Of a DNA stretch of 64,000 nucleotides, positions 9,961-19,725 are shown one piece after another (the first letter of the stretch is position 1; every line of letters begins with the position of its first letter). The position numbers and the translations under genes are program-made. The DNA lies in the NCBI GenBank assembly GCA_018220935.1, contig JAAOXU010000015.1:2255-66254 (forward strand). The letters run 5' to 3'. The stretch is from Candidatus Altiarchaeota archaeon. Lineage in GTDB: Archaea; SpSt-1190. Below the pieces are notes generated by a model. That model was not told the DNA's origin and ran no database searches. It was given only the letters and a program-made list of their open reading frames with translations.

Positions 9961-11396
9961 TAACTTCGTCCCCAATAAAGAGAGTATTTTGCATTACTTG
10001 CACAATTAATACATCGCCCACTAACTCCATTTTGGTCAAATGGAATTACGCGTGGTCCACCTTCAACTTTTTTACTTAACTCTTCCTCACAAGTTTCTTG
10101 ACTACAATGAGGAATTATTGCCCATTTCTTTTGCGTGAGTGCTTTTTTGAGTTCATCTACATTCTTAGTTTCAACTGTATTTTTATCCATATTTTCTTTT
10201 AATTTATTAAAAAGTGCAATCTGAATATCATCAAGTTCATCTCTTATTGCTTGTTCGATGTAAATGTTCTTTACGCTGGATTTTTCACCATTATCTCGTC
10301 TGACAACAACTACTTTACCTTCCTTTATGTCTCTAGGACCAATTTCAAGCCTTAAAGGTACTCCTTTGACTTCCCAATGATTAAATTTCCATCCTGCTGT
10401 GTATTCGTCTCTGCTATCAACTTCAACTCTAAAACCGTGGTTAACTAGTTTTTCTTTTAGTTCTTCCGCTTTTTTTATGATGTTCTTATCTGTTTCTTTG
10501 AAAACAATTGGAATTATTACAATTTGAACTGGTGCAACTTTTGGGGGAATTATTGCGCCTTTATCATCCCCATGTGCTAAGATTAAACCTCCAATTAGCC
10601 TAGTTGAAGTTCCATAACTGGTCTGCCATGCATAGTGCCATTTTTCATCTTTACCCATAAATTTAACATCATATGGCTTTGAGAAATTTTGACCCAACAT
10701 ATGACTTGTTCCCATCTGAAGGGCTTTACCGTCTGGCATTAGTGCTTCAATAGCATAAGTGTAATCAGCCCCTGCAAATTTATCTGAATTAGTTTTTTTA
10801 CCTTTAATTACTGGAATTGCAAGTAATTCTTCACTAATCTTTTCGTATCCATCTATTCCCCACTTTGTTTCTTCATCTGCACCTTCTTTATCCTTGTGAA
10901 CTGTGTGAGCCTCATGCCACAAAAATTCTCTACTTCGCAAAAAGGGTTTAGTCATCTTAGTCTCCCATCGCATAATGTTAGCCCATTGGTTAACTAGAAA
11001 CGGGAGATCTCTATAACTTTTAATCCACTTACTAAACATTTCATACATAATAGTCTCACTAGTAGGTCTAATTGCTAGTTTTTCTTCAAGTTTATTTTCT
11101 CCTGCGTGAGTTACCCAAGCAACTTCAGGAGTAAAACCTTCAAAGTGTTCAGCTTCGCGTTTTAGTAAACTTTCAGGAATAAGAAGTGGAAAATAATGGT
11201 TTTTTAGGCCGTGGTTTCGCATAATTGGGTCCCAAAAACCCCTAATTGCTTCCCAAATTGAGTTTCCCCACCACCTCATTACAATTAAGCCTTTGACTGG
11301 GGAATAATCTGCAAATTCTGCACGCAATACGACTTGTTGATACCATTCAGAGATATCATCATCCCGTTTAACCGTTATTCCTAAGTCTTCACTCAT
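9957..11396 (-). CDS. proS: Proline--tRNA ligase (archaeal/eukaryotic type)
   Basis: IRPTSET, FLRSREFLWHEAHT, QMGTSH, C-terminal WGRSY; start ATG 11396 chosen from TATA spacing. Confidence 0.97.
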   Translation of the reverse strand: MSEDLGITVKRDDDISEWYQQVVLRAEFADYSPVKGLIVMRWWGNSIWEAIRGFWDPIMRNHGLKNHYFPLLIPESLLKREAEHFEGFTPEVAWVTHAGENKLEEKLAIRPTSETIMYEMFSKWIKSYRDLPFLVNQWANIMRWETKMTKPFLRSREFLWHEAHTVHKDKEGADEETKWGIDGYEKISEELLAIPVIKGKKTNSDKFAGADYTYAIEALMPDGKALQMGTSHMLGQNFSKPYDVKFMGKDEKWHYAWQTSYGTSTRLIGGLILAHGDDKGAIIPPKVAPVQIVIIPIVFKETDKNIIKKAEELKEKLVNHGFRVEVDSRDEYTAGWKFNHWEVKGVPLRLEIGPRDIKEGKVVVVRRDNGEKSSVKNIYIEQAIRDELDDIQIALFNKLKENMDKNTVETKNVDELKKALTQKKWAIIPHCSQETCEEELSKKVEGGPRVIPFDQNGVSGRCINCASNAKYSLYWGRSY

Positions 11397-11423
11397 TTTA
11401 GAACGCATCTTAGAAGTTTATAA

Positions 11424-11475
11424 AATTAAACTCCCCAGTCTTCCCCACGCAGTGGGGCTTCCCCGATTACGGGGC
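11424..11475. repeat. GC-rich tandem palindromes between two TTTATAA copies
   Basis: CCCCAC-GCA-GTGGGG (11443-11457) and CCCCG-ATTA-CGGGG (11461-11474); TTTATAA at 11417-11423 and 11476-11482. Confidence 0.7.
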
Positions 11476-11503
11476 TTTATAACCCTTAAAATTATTTTTC
11501 TCT

Positions 11504-12847
11504 GTGAAAAAGCCTAGTCGTAGTATGAGTGGTGTAGCAGTAATTGCTGTAATGAGTCCCTCCTTTATTTGTCCGGGTGAATGTGTATTCTGCTTTAAAG
11601 GACCAAATGCAGCTAAGAGCTACACTGGTCTAGAGCCTTCAGCAAGACGGGCGATAAGACACGATTATGATCCATATGAAATAACATATCACAGAATAAA
11701 ACAACTTGAACTTAATGGTCACCCGACTGATAAGCTTGATGTGATAGTAATGGGTGGAACTTTTAATTTTCATCCAAGAGACTTTCAAGAGAATTTCGTA
11801 AAACGAATTTATGATGCGTGTAACCAAGTTGATTCAAAAACTCTAAAGGAAGCTCAAAAAATTAATGAGACCACTAAAAACCGAATTATTGGGTTGACTT
11901 TTGAGACAAGGCCTGATTGGGCAAGTATTGATGAACTTAACTGGATGCTGAGTATGGGTGCGACTAGACTTGAATATGGTATTCAATCAACCTTTAATGA
12001 CGTTCTTGAGCTAAATAAAAGGGGTCACTTAATTGAAGAGAGTATGAGGGCAACTACTGATGCAAGAGACCTTGGCTATAAGATTAATCACCACATTATG
12101 CCTGGTTTACTTGGTTCAACTAAAAAGAAAGATCTTGATACTTTTAGAACTGTATTTTCAGAAAAACTAATGCCTGATATGATTAAAATTTATCCAACTC
12201 TCGTTATTGAAGGTTCAGAACTTTGGGATCTATACAAATTGGGTTGGTATAAACCCTTAAGGGATGAGGATGCTATTGAGGTTATTTCGGCGGCTAAAGC
12301 TTTAGTTCCACCTTGGATTCGTGTCATGAGAATTCAGAGAGATGTCCCTGCAACAGAAATTATAGATGGCGTTAAAAAAGGTAATTTAAGAGAGCTTGCA
12401 TGGAAAAAAATGAGACAAAACGGGACTAAATGTCGATGCATAAGGTGTAGGGAAGCTAGACTTGAAACAGATCTTAATCCAAAACTAATTAGACAAGACT
12501 ATGAAGCTGGTGGTGCTACTGAAGTTTTTTTAAGTTTTGAAGATGAGAAAAAGGACAAACTTGTTGGATTTTTACGTCTTAGACTCTTAAAGCGATTTTT
12601 GAGGCCAGAACTAAAGGATTCTGCAATGGTTCGTGAAGTGCGCGTCTTTGGACCTGAAGCTAAAATAGGCAGTGATGGAGTTTGGCAACATAAAGGCTAT
12701 GGTAAAAAACTTCTTATTGAAGCTGAAAAAATTACAAAAAATGCGAAGTACTCTAAACTTTCTATTATTTCTGGGGTGGGAGTGCGTGAATACTTTAGGA
12801 AATTTGGGTATGAACTAAATGGTCCATACATGACTAAAACCCTGTAA
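11504..12847 (+). CDS. elp3: tRNA U34 acetyltransferase Elp3 (radical SAM + KAT)
   Basis: RSMSGVAVIAVM, CPGECVFC, SYTGLEP, MGGTF, ETRPD, RIQRD, CRCIRCRE, WQHKGYGK, SGVGVREYFRK. Confidence 0.95.
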   Translation: MKKPSRSMSGVAVIAVMSPSFICPGECVFCFKGPNAAKSYTGLEPSARRAIRHDYDPYEITYHRIKQLELNGHPTDKLDVIVMGGTFNFHPRDFQENFVKRIYDACNQVDSKTLKEAQKINETTKNRIIGLTFETRPDWASIDELNWMLSMGATRLEYGIQSTFNDVLELNKRGHLIEESMRATTDARDLGYKINHHIMPGLLGSTKKKDLDTFRTVFSEKLMPDMIKIYPTLVIEGSELWDLYKLGWYKPLRDEDAIEVISAAKALVPPWIRVMRIQRDVPATEIIDGVKKGNLRELAWKKMRQNGTKCRCIRCREARLETDLNPKLIRQDYEAGGATEVFLSFEDEKKDKLVGFLRLRLLKRFLRPELKDSAMVREVRVFGPEAKIGSDGVWQHKGYGKKLLIEAEKITKNAKYSKLSIISGVGVREYFRKFGYELNGPYMTKTL

Positions 12848-12944
12848 GCACCACCAATACCCCTTAATACTAAAGCTTTTTTTAATTAAATTTAAAAAAA
12901 AATACGTCCCAAAAACATTTTAAACGCTTCAATTATCTCTTAGA

Positions 12945-13352
12945 ATGAGTGACTTGGTCCGAATGCTTAGTAAAGTTAGCTATAAGGAATTAGCAAAAAT
13001 TTGTGGCGATTATGAATTATCAAAGAGTGGTAAAAAAATTGACTTGGTTCAAAAATTAGTTGCAGCTGTACCTGAAGAAGAACTACGTTCAAAAATAATT
13101 GAGTTTATGGGTATTGCTAAAAAAATATTAGAACATGATACAGTTCCAAAACATACACTTCTTACACTTGAAAAGATTGCTGAAGTCACTAAAAAATTTG
13201 GAATAAAAAAGTGGCAATTACCAAAAATTGTTGACAAAGATCCTATTGTAATTTTAGCGGGTGCACGACCTGGGGATGTTATGGAAATTATGAGAAAAAG
13301 TGAGACTGCTGGGGAATCTAAGTATTATAGGCTTGTAGTCCGAGGCGACTAA
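12945..13352 (+). CDS. rpoH: DNA-directed RNA polymerase subunit Rpo5 (H) with N-terminal SAP-like extension
   Basis: C-terminal about 75 aa: HDTVPKH...QLPKI..KDP...GARPGDVMEIMRKSETAGESKYYRLVV; N-terminal about 55 aa matches the SAP pattern. Confidence 0.92.
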   Translation: MSDLVRMLSKVSYKELAKICGDYELSKSGKKIDLVQKLVAAVPEEELRSKIIEFMGIAKKILEHDTVPKHTLLTLEKIAEVTKKFGIKKWQLPKIVDKDPIVILAGARPGDVMEIMRKSETAGESKYYRLVVRGD

Positions 13353-13389
13353 AGAAGAAGCTTAAAAGTAACTCTCGTTACTTTTTGTC

Positions 13390-14766
13390 ATGGGTGTGGT
13401 TAAACCTGCTTTGATAGCTTTTTTGATTGTATTGTCCATATACGTTTTTTTTGATCAACCCAAAACAGTGGGTTTAATGATAAATCTGCCTGAAGCATAT
13501 GACGGTTATACTCTCTTTTCCCCCATCTATTCTAATGTGACGTATTTAATCGATAATTCTGGTGAAATAATTTTTGAGTGGGATGCTAAAAATCTCCCGG
13601 GTAAAATGGCATATCTTTTAGACAATACAAATTTACTTCGAACTGAAATATTCCCTGATTTTTATCAGGAGCAGTATTTTCACTATGGTGGTTCTGGGGG
13701 GAAACTAAAAGAATTCACCCTGGATGGTGAAGTAGTCTGGGAGTTCACATATTCAAATAAAACTCATCTTCAGCACCACGATTTAGAAGTTATGCCTAAT
13801 GGGAATATTTTACTCATTGCGTGGGAAAAAAAGACTAAAGAAGAAGCAATTAGCGCAGGACGTAATCCTGAACTGATTAGTGAAAATGAAAGTGAAATAT
13901 GGCCAGATCACTTGGTTGAAATTAAACCCATAAGGCCAAATGGGGGTGAGGTAGTCTGGGAATGGCACCTCTGGGACCATGTAATTCAGGACTTTGATCC
14001 TACAAAGGAAAATTATGGTGTTGTGAAAGATCATCCTGAGTTAGTGGATATAAACTATGTCTGGGAGTACTCCCTTCATGGTAATATGGCTGATTGGGTA
14101 CATCTTAATTCAGTTGATTTTAACGAAGAACTGGACCAGATAATTATGAGTTCACCTTCTTTTAATGAAGTCTGGATTATTGATCACAGTACTACGTCAG
14201 ATGAGGCGGCTACTCACACGGGTGGAAAAAGTGGTAAGGGGGGTGACTTACTTTATCGATGGGGAAATCCAAGAACATACAGGGCTGGTGATCTTTTTGA
14301 TCAAAAACTCTTCATGCAACACGATGTGCAGTGGATAGATTCAGGACTACCTGGTGAAGGAAATATTTTAATTTACAATAATGGTTGGAGAAGACTTGAT
14401 GAAAATTATTCTTCTGTAATTGAATTTAGTATTCCAACAAAAGGTGGTGAATATTTCTTGGACGCGAGTGGTACATATGGACCTAAAGATTTAGTCTGGG
14501 AATACTTTGCCAAAAACAAATCTAGCTTTTATTCCCCAAAAATCTCGAGTGCGCAAAGACTTCCCAATGGCAATACTTTAATTGATGTTGGTGATTTTGG
14601 TGTTTTCTTTGAGGTGACTCCTGATAAAAAAGTTGTATGGAAATACATTAATCCATATACTCAATTGGGAAAAACTAAACAAGGTGATGAAATCTCAAGT
14701 AACAAATATAGTCAACATAATGCCGTTTTTATGATAAAAAAATATCCACTTTCCTTTTTTGAATAA
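13390..14766 (+). CDS. Aryl-sulfate sulfotransferase (ASST)-family exported beta-propeller
   Basis: Signal anchor; QHHD...PNGN, DWVHLNS, YRWGNP, QHD, SSAQRLPNGNTLI. Confidence 0.88.
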   Translation: MGVVKPALIAFLIVLSIYVFFDQPKTVGLMINLPEAYDGYTLFSPIYSNVTYLIDNSGEIIFEWDAKNLPGKMAYLLDNTNLLRTEIFPDFYQEQYFHYGGSGGKLKEFTLDGEVVWEFTYSNKTHLQHHDLEVMPNGNILLIAWEKKTKEEAISAGRNPELISENESEIWPDHLVEIKPIRPNGGEVVWEWHLWDHVIQDFDPTKENYGVVKDHPELVDINYVWEYSLHGNMADWVHLNSVDFNEELDQIIMSSPSFNEVWIIDHSTTSDEAATHTGGKSGKGGDLLYRWGNPRTYRAGDLFDQKLFMQHDVQWIDSGLPGEGNILIYNNGWRRLDENYSSVIEFSIPTKGGEYFLDASGTYGPKDLVWEYFAKNKSSFYSPKISSAQRLPNGNTLIDVGDFGVFFEVTPDKKVVWKYINPYTQLGKTKQGDEISSNKYSQHNAVFMIKKYPLSFFE

Positions 14767-14775
14767 AGGAAAAGG

Positions 14776-14896
<121 letters not shown>

Positions 14897-15003
14897 TACT
14901 AATCTGGCTTTCACAGTTTATAAGTTTTCTTAAATTAAAACTAAAGAATTTAAAACTGAAAGGTGCCAACAAATTTCTTTAAACCTTCAGTTCAGTGTTT
15001 TTT

Positions 15004-15663
15004 GTGGCTGTTCCAAGGCATGTAGCAATAATTCCTGATGGTAATAGAAGATGGGCTAAAAATCCACTAAAATACAAAGAAGCATATGATTTGGGTGGCC
15101 AAAACTTAATTGATATTGTTACTTACTTTTTTGATGCTGGTGTCGATTATGTCAGCTTTTACGCCTTTTCATTGAAAAATTTTAGCAGGGGGGATACTGA
15201 AAAAAAACTAGTTACTAATTTAATGAGAAATTATCTACCTAAAATGAAAGCGTTAATTAAACAAAAAAATTTACGCGTAATCTTTGCAGGAAAAATTGAA
15301 CTATTTCCAAAAGATCTTTATGATGAGTTTACTAAATTAGAAAACCAAACTAGTAGTGGTAAAAAAACCATTATACCTTTAATTGCATATTCTGGAAAAG
15401 ATGATCGTAATCAGGCAGCAAAAAAATGGGTAGGTGCTGGTATGAAAGGTGATGTTGATGATTACTTATATGCGAGTAAAGCGCCTGGTATTGATTTACT
15501 AATTAGGACTGGGAATGTATCTAGGACTTCTGGATATTTACCTGCTCATAGTGAACAGGCTGAACTTTATTTTTTAGAAAAGTTTTGGCCTGATTTTTTA
15601 GTCGAAGATGCAAAGCAAGCTCTAACTGAATATAATGCTCGCGAACGTAGATTTGGCAAGTAG
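15004..15663 (+). CDS. uppS: cis-prenyltransferase (undecaprenyl diphosphate synthase family)
   Basis: PRHVAIIPDGNRRWA, YAFSLKNF, DLLIRTG, RTSGY, WPDF, RRFGK; GTG 15004 fits TATA spacing better than 14995. Confidence 0.95.
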   Translation: MAVPRHVAIIPDGNRRWAKNPLKYKEAYDLGGQNLIDIVTYFFDAGVDYVSFYAFSLKNFSRGDTEKKLVTNLMRNYLPKMKALIKQKNLRVIFAGKIELFPKDLYDEFTKLENQTSSGKKTIIPLIAYSGKDDRNQAAKKWVGAGMKGDVDDYLYASKAPGIDLLIRTGNVSRTSGYLPAHSEQAELYFLEKFWPDFLVEDAKQALTEYNARERRFGK

Positions 15664-16176
15664 CTATTCAACTGACTTTTTGATGTACTCTTTAGCTTCA
15701 CTGGCATTTTTCCAATCCTTTAATTTTACCCATTTTCCAGGTTCAAGATCTTTATAGTGCTCAAAGAAATGCTTAATTTTGTCTTTAGTAATTTCAGGTA
15801 AATCTGATATATCTTTAATATCATCAAAACTTTTGTCAAGTTTACTTACCGGAACTGCTAATACTTTTTCATCCATTCCAGCTTCATCTTCCATAATAAG
15901 CATACCGATGGGTCGACTTCTTATGACTGCACCTGGATAAACTGGTTGGTTACCTAAAACTAATACGTCAACTGGATCTCCGTCGTCTGCATGAGTCTTT
16001 GGAATAAACCCATAATTAAATGGGTAGTACATGGCAGTAAATAGAAATCTATCTACAAATATTGCACCACTTGCTTTTTCAACTTCATACTTAACTGAGG
16101 AATTTGCAGGAATTTCAATCACGACATTTATATCCTCAGGAACACTTTTACCTACGCTTAGTTTGCTAACATCCAT
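15664..16176 (-). CDS. ppa: Inorganic pyrophosphatase, family I
   Basis: [30 protein letters not shown]; start ATG 16176 (20 nt after TTTAAAAA). Confidence 0.96.
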   Translation of the reverse strand: MDVSKLSVGKSVPEDINVVIEIPANSSVKYEVEKASGAIFVDRFLFTAMYYPFNYGFIPKTHADDGDPVDVLVLGNQPVYPGAVIRSRPIGMLIMEDEAGMDEKVLAVPVSKLDKSFDDIKDISDLPEITKDKIKHFFEHYKDLEPGKWVKLKDWKNASEAKEYIKKSVE

Positions 16177-16280
16177 TATACACATTTGTTTACTAGTTTT
16201 TAAAACTAATTTTGTTTTAGTCCTTTTTCTAAAAGAAAATGTGAACAAAACGATATATATCCTGATATACTAACTCTTTT

Positions 16281-17906
16281 GTGGAGTTCCAGATAACTAT
16301 TGCAGGAGAGGCAGGGCAAGGAATTGCGCGCTCAGCTGACTTAGTTTCTAGGGATTTTGTTTCTCGTGGTATGTATGTCTTTAATTATCGTGACTACGGA
16401 TCGCTAATTAAGGGTGGTGAAAATTTTAACATATTACGAATTAGTACCAAAAAAATTCATAGTAATAATTGGAAAAATGATTATCTTGTTGCTTTTGGGA
16501 GGTTTTCAGACCACCACTTACAAAAAATGAATAAAGACGGAATATCAATTGGTACACTCTCAAAAATTAAAAATAAAGTGGATGCATATGCCATTGCACG
16601 AGAACTTAAGGCACCACCCATTGTGATAAATTCAGTGCTACTAGGTGCACTATACAAATCAATGAATCAACCACTAAAGGGTCTACTAAAACAAATGGAA
16701 GTTTTTGGAAAAAAAGCTAAAATTAATCAAAAAGCTGCACAACTTGGATATGATAGGTACCAAGGGGATACTAAACACATTATTGTTCCAAAACAAAAAA
16801 ACAAAAAATACTTTGTTAGTGGGAGTGAGGCTGTTGCATATGGTGCTGTAGCGGCTGGAATTGATTTATACCTAGCTTATCCTATGACTCCGGCTACTCC
16901 TATTTTACACATTCTAGCTAATCTAAAAGGTCATAATATTAGTGTAGTTCAGCTTGATAATGAAATTGGTGTTGCCAATGGTGCACTGGGCGCTAGTTAT
17001 TCGGGAGCTACTACTATGGTTGGAACTAGTGGTGGTGGTTTTGCTCTTATGGGTGAAGCTCTAAGTTTACAGGGAATGAGTGAAGTTCCAATGGTAGTAT
17101 ACTTAGCAATGAGACCTGGTCCAGCTAGTGGTATACCAACATATAGTGGACAAGGTGACTTGAAATTTGTTCTTAATGCAGGTCATGGTGATTTTTCTAA
17201 AATCGTAGTGGCACCTGGTGACCCTGTTGAAGCCTTTGAGAGAACTGTTGAGGCTGTTTATTTATCAAATAAGTACAATGCGCTTACTATCATTTTAAGT
17301 GATAAACATCTAGCTGAAAGTAATTATACTCTTGACAATGCTCCTAGTTTTACGGTAAAACCAAGTAGGTTCTTAGTGAAGCCAAATAAGAAATTTAAAT
17401 CATACAAAATTACTAAGGATGGTGTCTCACCTAGAGCACCTGCGGGATCTGGATTAATTAGGGCTACAAGCTATGAACATGATGAATTTGGTTATACTAC
17501 TGAAGATCCAAAAGAAATCAATAAAATGGTTGAAAAAAGATTGGTTAAAGCTAAAACTCTTGAAAAAGCAGTGAGTAAACTAAAGCCCATTAAAACCTAT
17601 GGTAGGGGACATGATTTGATTGTTAGTTGGGGTTCTACTAAAGGGGCTATAATTGATACACTAAAAGAGGTTGATGCTAAGTTTTTACAAATCTGCTACC
17701 TTAAGCCTTTCCCGAGTAGAAAAGTAAAAGCGTTACTTGAATCTGCAAGGCGAGTAGTTGTGGTTGAAAATTCAGCCACCGGTCAGATTGCTGATGTTAT
17801 AGCAGAAAATACGGGCTATATTATTGATAAAAAAATACTAAAGTATGATGGTAGACCATTTGGTCACGAAGAATTAGTTAAGAGTTTAAGGAGGGTACTA
17901 AAATGA
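16281..17906 (+). CDS. korA: 2-oxoacid:ferredoxin oxidoreductase alpha (gamma-alpha fusion)
   Basis: GEAGQG, YPMTPAT, TSGGGFALM, RPGPASGIPT, SYEHDE, SWGSTKG. Substrate not determinable. Confidence 0.92.
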   Translation: MEFQITIAGEAGQGIARSADLVSRDFVSRGMYVFNYRDYGSLIKGGENFNILRISTKKIHSNNWKNDYLVAFGRFSDHHLQKMNKDGISIGTLSKIKNKVDAYAIARELKAPPIVINSVLLGALYKSMNQPLKGLLKQMEVFGKKAKINQKAAQLGYDRYQGDTKHIIVPKQKNKKYFVSGSEAVAYGAVAAGIDLYLAYPMTPATPILHILANLKGHNISVVQLDNEIGVANGALGASYSGATTMVGTSGGGFALMGEALSLQGMSEVPMVVYLAMRPGPASGIPTYSGQGDLKFVLNAGHGDFSKIVVAPGDPVEAFERTVEAVYLSNKYNALTIILSDKHLAESNYTLDNAPSFTVKPSRFLVKPNKKFKSYKITKDGVSPRAPAGSGLIRATSYEHDEFGYTTEDPKEINKMVEKRLVKAKTLEKAVSKLKPIKTYGRGHDLIVSWGSTKGAIIDTLKEVDAKFLQICYLKPFPSRKVKALLESARRVVVVENSATGQIADVIAENTGYIIDKKILKYDGRPFGHEELVKSLRRVLK

Positions 17907-18760
17907 AACTAAAAAATATGGGAACTCCGGTTGCAAATACTTGGTGTCCAGCTTGTCCTAACTTTTTAATATTATCAAGTGCAAAAAAAGCAATCCTTGA
18001 ATTAGTAACTGAAAAACATGCTAAACACAACGATTTTGTTGGAGTTACTGGTATAGGATGTCATGGTAAAATTTATGATTATATCAATATCGGTGGATTC
18101 TATGGACTGCACGGCAGAGCAATTCCTGCTGCAACTGGTATAGTTTTAGGGAATCCAAACTTGAAAGTCATTGCCTTTGCTGGTGATGGGGATGCATATG
18201 CTGAAGGTATTAGTCACTTCATTAATTCTGCGAGGATGAATCCAAACTATGCCCTTTTTGTGCACAATAACAAAGTATTTGCTTTGACTACTGGTCAAAT
18301 TACACCTACTTCTGAAAAAGGATATAAGGGTAAAAGTACGCCGGATGGTAACCCATTTCCGACTATTAATCCATTGGCACTCGCACTTCAGGCGGGAGCT
18401 AGTTTTGTTGCTAGAGAATACGCCCTTGATATAAAAAATCTGACTGCTACTATGAAAGCCGCCATAAAACACAAAGGTTTTGCGTATGTTGACATAATTC
18501 AGCCTTGCTTAACTTTTCATAACTTTTCTGATTATGTTAAAGACAAGATGTATCGTATAAAACCCAGTAAAAACCTTGAATCTGCTATAAAGACTGCATC
18601 AACTTGGGACTATTCTCTTAATCCAAAGGCAAAAATCCCTGTCGGAATTTTCTACAAAGAAAATAGACCTACTTTAGGTGAAATGTTTGATACAAAGGCT
18701 TGGCATAAGGTTAAAAGAACCTCGAATCTGAAGCTTTGGGACACTTTGAGAGTTAAATAA
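17903..18760 (+). CDS. korB: 2-oxoacid:ferredoxin oxidoreductase beta
   Basis: WCPACPN, GIGC, LHGRAIP, GDGD TPP motif, LTTGQ, QPC. Confidence 0.93.
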   Translation: MKLKNMGTPVANTWCPACPNFLILSSAKKAILELVTEKHAKHNDFVGVTGIGCHGKIYDYINIGGFYGLHGRAIPAATGIVLGNPNLKVIAFAGDGDAYAEGISHFINSARMNPNYALFVHNNKVFALTTGQITPTSEKGYKGKSTPDGNPFPTINPLALALQAGASFVAREYALDIKNLTATMKAAIKHKGFAYVDIIQPCLTFHNFSDYVKDKMYRIKPSKNLESAIKTASTWDYSLNPKAKIPVGIFYKENRPTLGEMFDTKAWHKVKRTSNLKLWDTLRVK

Positions 18761-18807
18761 TTTTGATTAATAGGAAGCTTTTTATCCCTTTAATGGTGGT
18801 TTTTTAA

Positions 18808-19725
18808 GTGGTCAAACGAGGACGGGTCGCGATTGTGGGATCAAAAACCTTAGAAAAGGTTTTAATGCCTGAATTTTCAAAGACATTCCTATCTGCGGTC
18901 TTTTTTGATCCTAATACTATAAAATTGACGGCGGGAAAAGAGTTGACTGCCACTTCTAACAAATTTAATTTAATTAATTTTGACTACGTATTATTACTCC
19001 CTGACGACTCAAATAAGGAGTTTTATTATACGCTTGCAAAAATTTTAGAAAAACATACTAAAGTTTCAATACCGAGTGATTCTCTCTTTGGTTTTTGGAA
19101 TCGTCCAATTTTACTAAGTAAAATTTCAAAGGCAGTGCCGGTTAGGAGAACTGCTGCTATATCACAGAATGCTGCGGCAGATTACATTAAAAATGATTTT
19201 AAGTTGCCTGTAATTTTGACTACTCCTGGTGGCAAGAGGGTGTATGTGAGTAATGAGGAGACTCTTAGAAACGTATTGTCTTTATTTTCAGCAGGTCACT
19301 TGGTCTCAGTTCATGAGCCCATAAAAAAGGCAGAAGTTCATGTAACCTTTTTTAGTGAAAATTCTTCAATTGGATATTATCGGGTTGGTGACAAACGCGT
19401 ACCAAACAACCTAAATTCAAATTTAGTTGAGATGGGTAAACGAGTAAGAAAAGTTCTTAATGCTGATTTTCTCTCAATTTTATTTGTAAAAATTGATGGT
19501 AATTATTATGTTTCAACTATAAAACTAAATCCGCGGTTTGATTTATTTAACAAAGTACTTGGTAAAGATTTAGTTAGAATTATGGCAAGTGAAATTTCAA
19601 ATAAGATTGTTGCACCTGATGCTGTTGCAGTTGCCGATGGTTTTATCAAGAAACTTGTACGTGGAATGGAAAAATTTGGAGAGTGGATAGGTAATGAAAT
19701 TAGCAATATTAGGCCCTCTAAGTAG
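18808..19725 (+). CDS. Degenerate RimK-like ATP-grasp protein
   Basis: Collinear with the next gene (FDYVLL/YDVIL, LPVIL/YPAVLK, SVHEPI/FVEDFI, LNADFLSI/MGCKICGVD) but lacks ExN (has TIKLNP). Confidence 0.65.
   Translation: MVKRGRVAIVGSKTLEKVLMPEFSKTFLSAVFFDPNTIKLTAGKELTATSNKFNLINFDYVLLLPDDSNKEFYYTLAKILEKHTKVSIPSDSLFGFWNRPILLSKISKAVPVRRTAAISQNAAADYIKNDFKLPVILTTPGGKRVYVSNEETLRNVLSLFSAGHLVSVHEPIKKAEVHVTFFSENSSIGYYRVGDKRVPNNLNSNLVEMGKRVRKVLNADFLSILFVKIDGNYYVSTIKLNPRFDLFNKVLGKDLVRIMASEISNKIVAPDAVAVADGFIKKLVRGMEKFGEWIGNEISNIRPSK

Noticed and set aside
11431..11475. G-quadruplex
   Set aside because: Only three G4 tracts on one strand and two on the other; hairpin pairing explains the pattern better.
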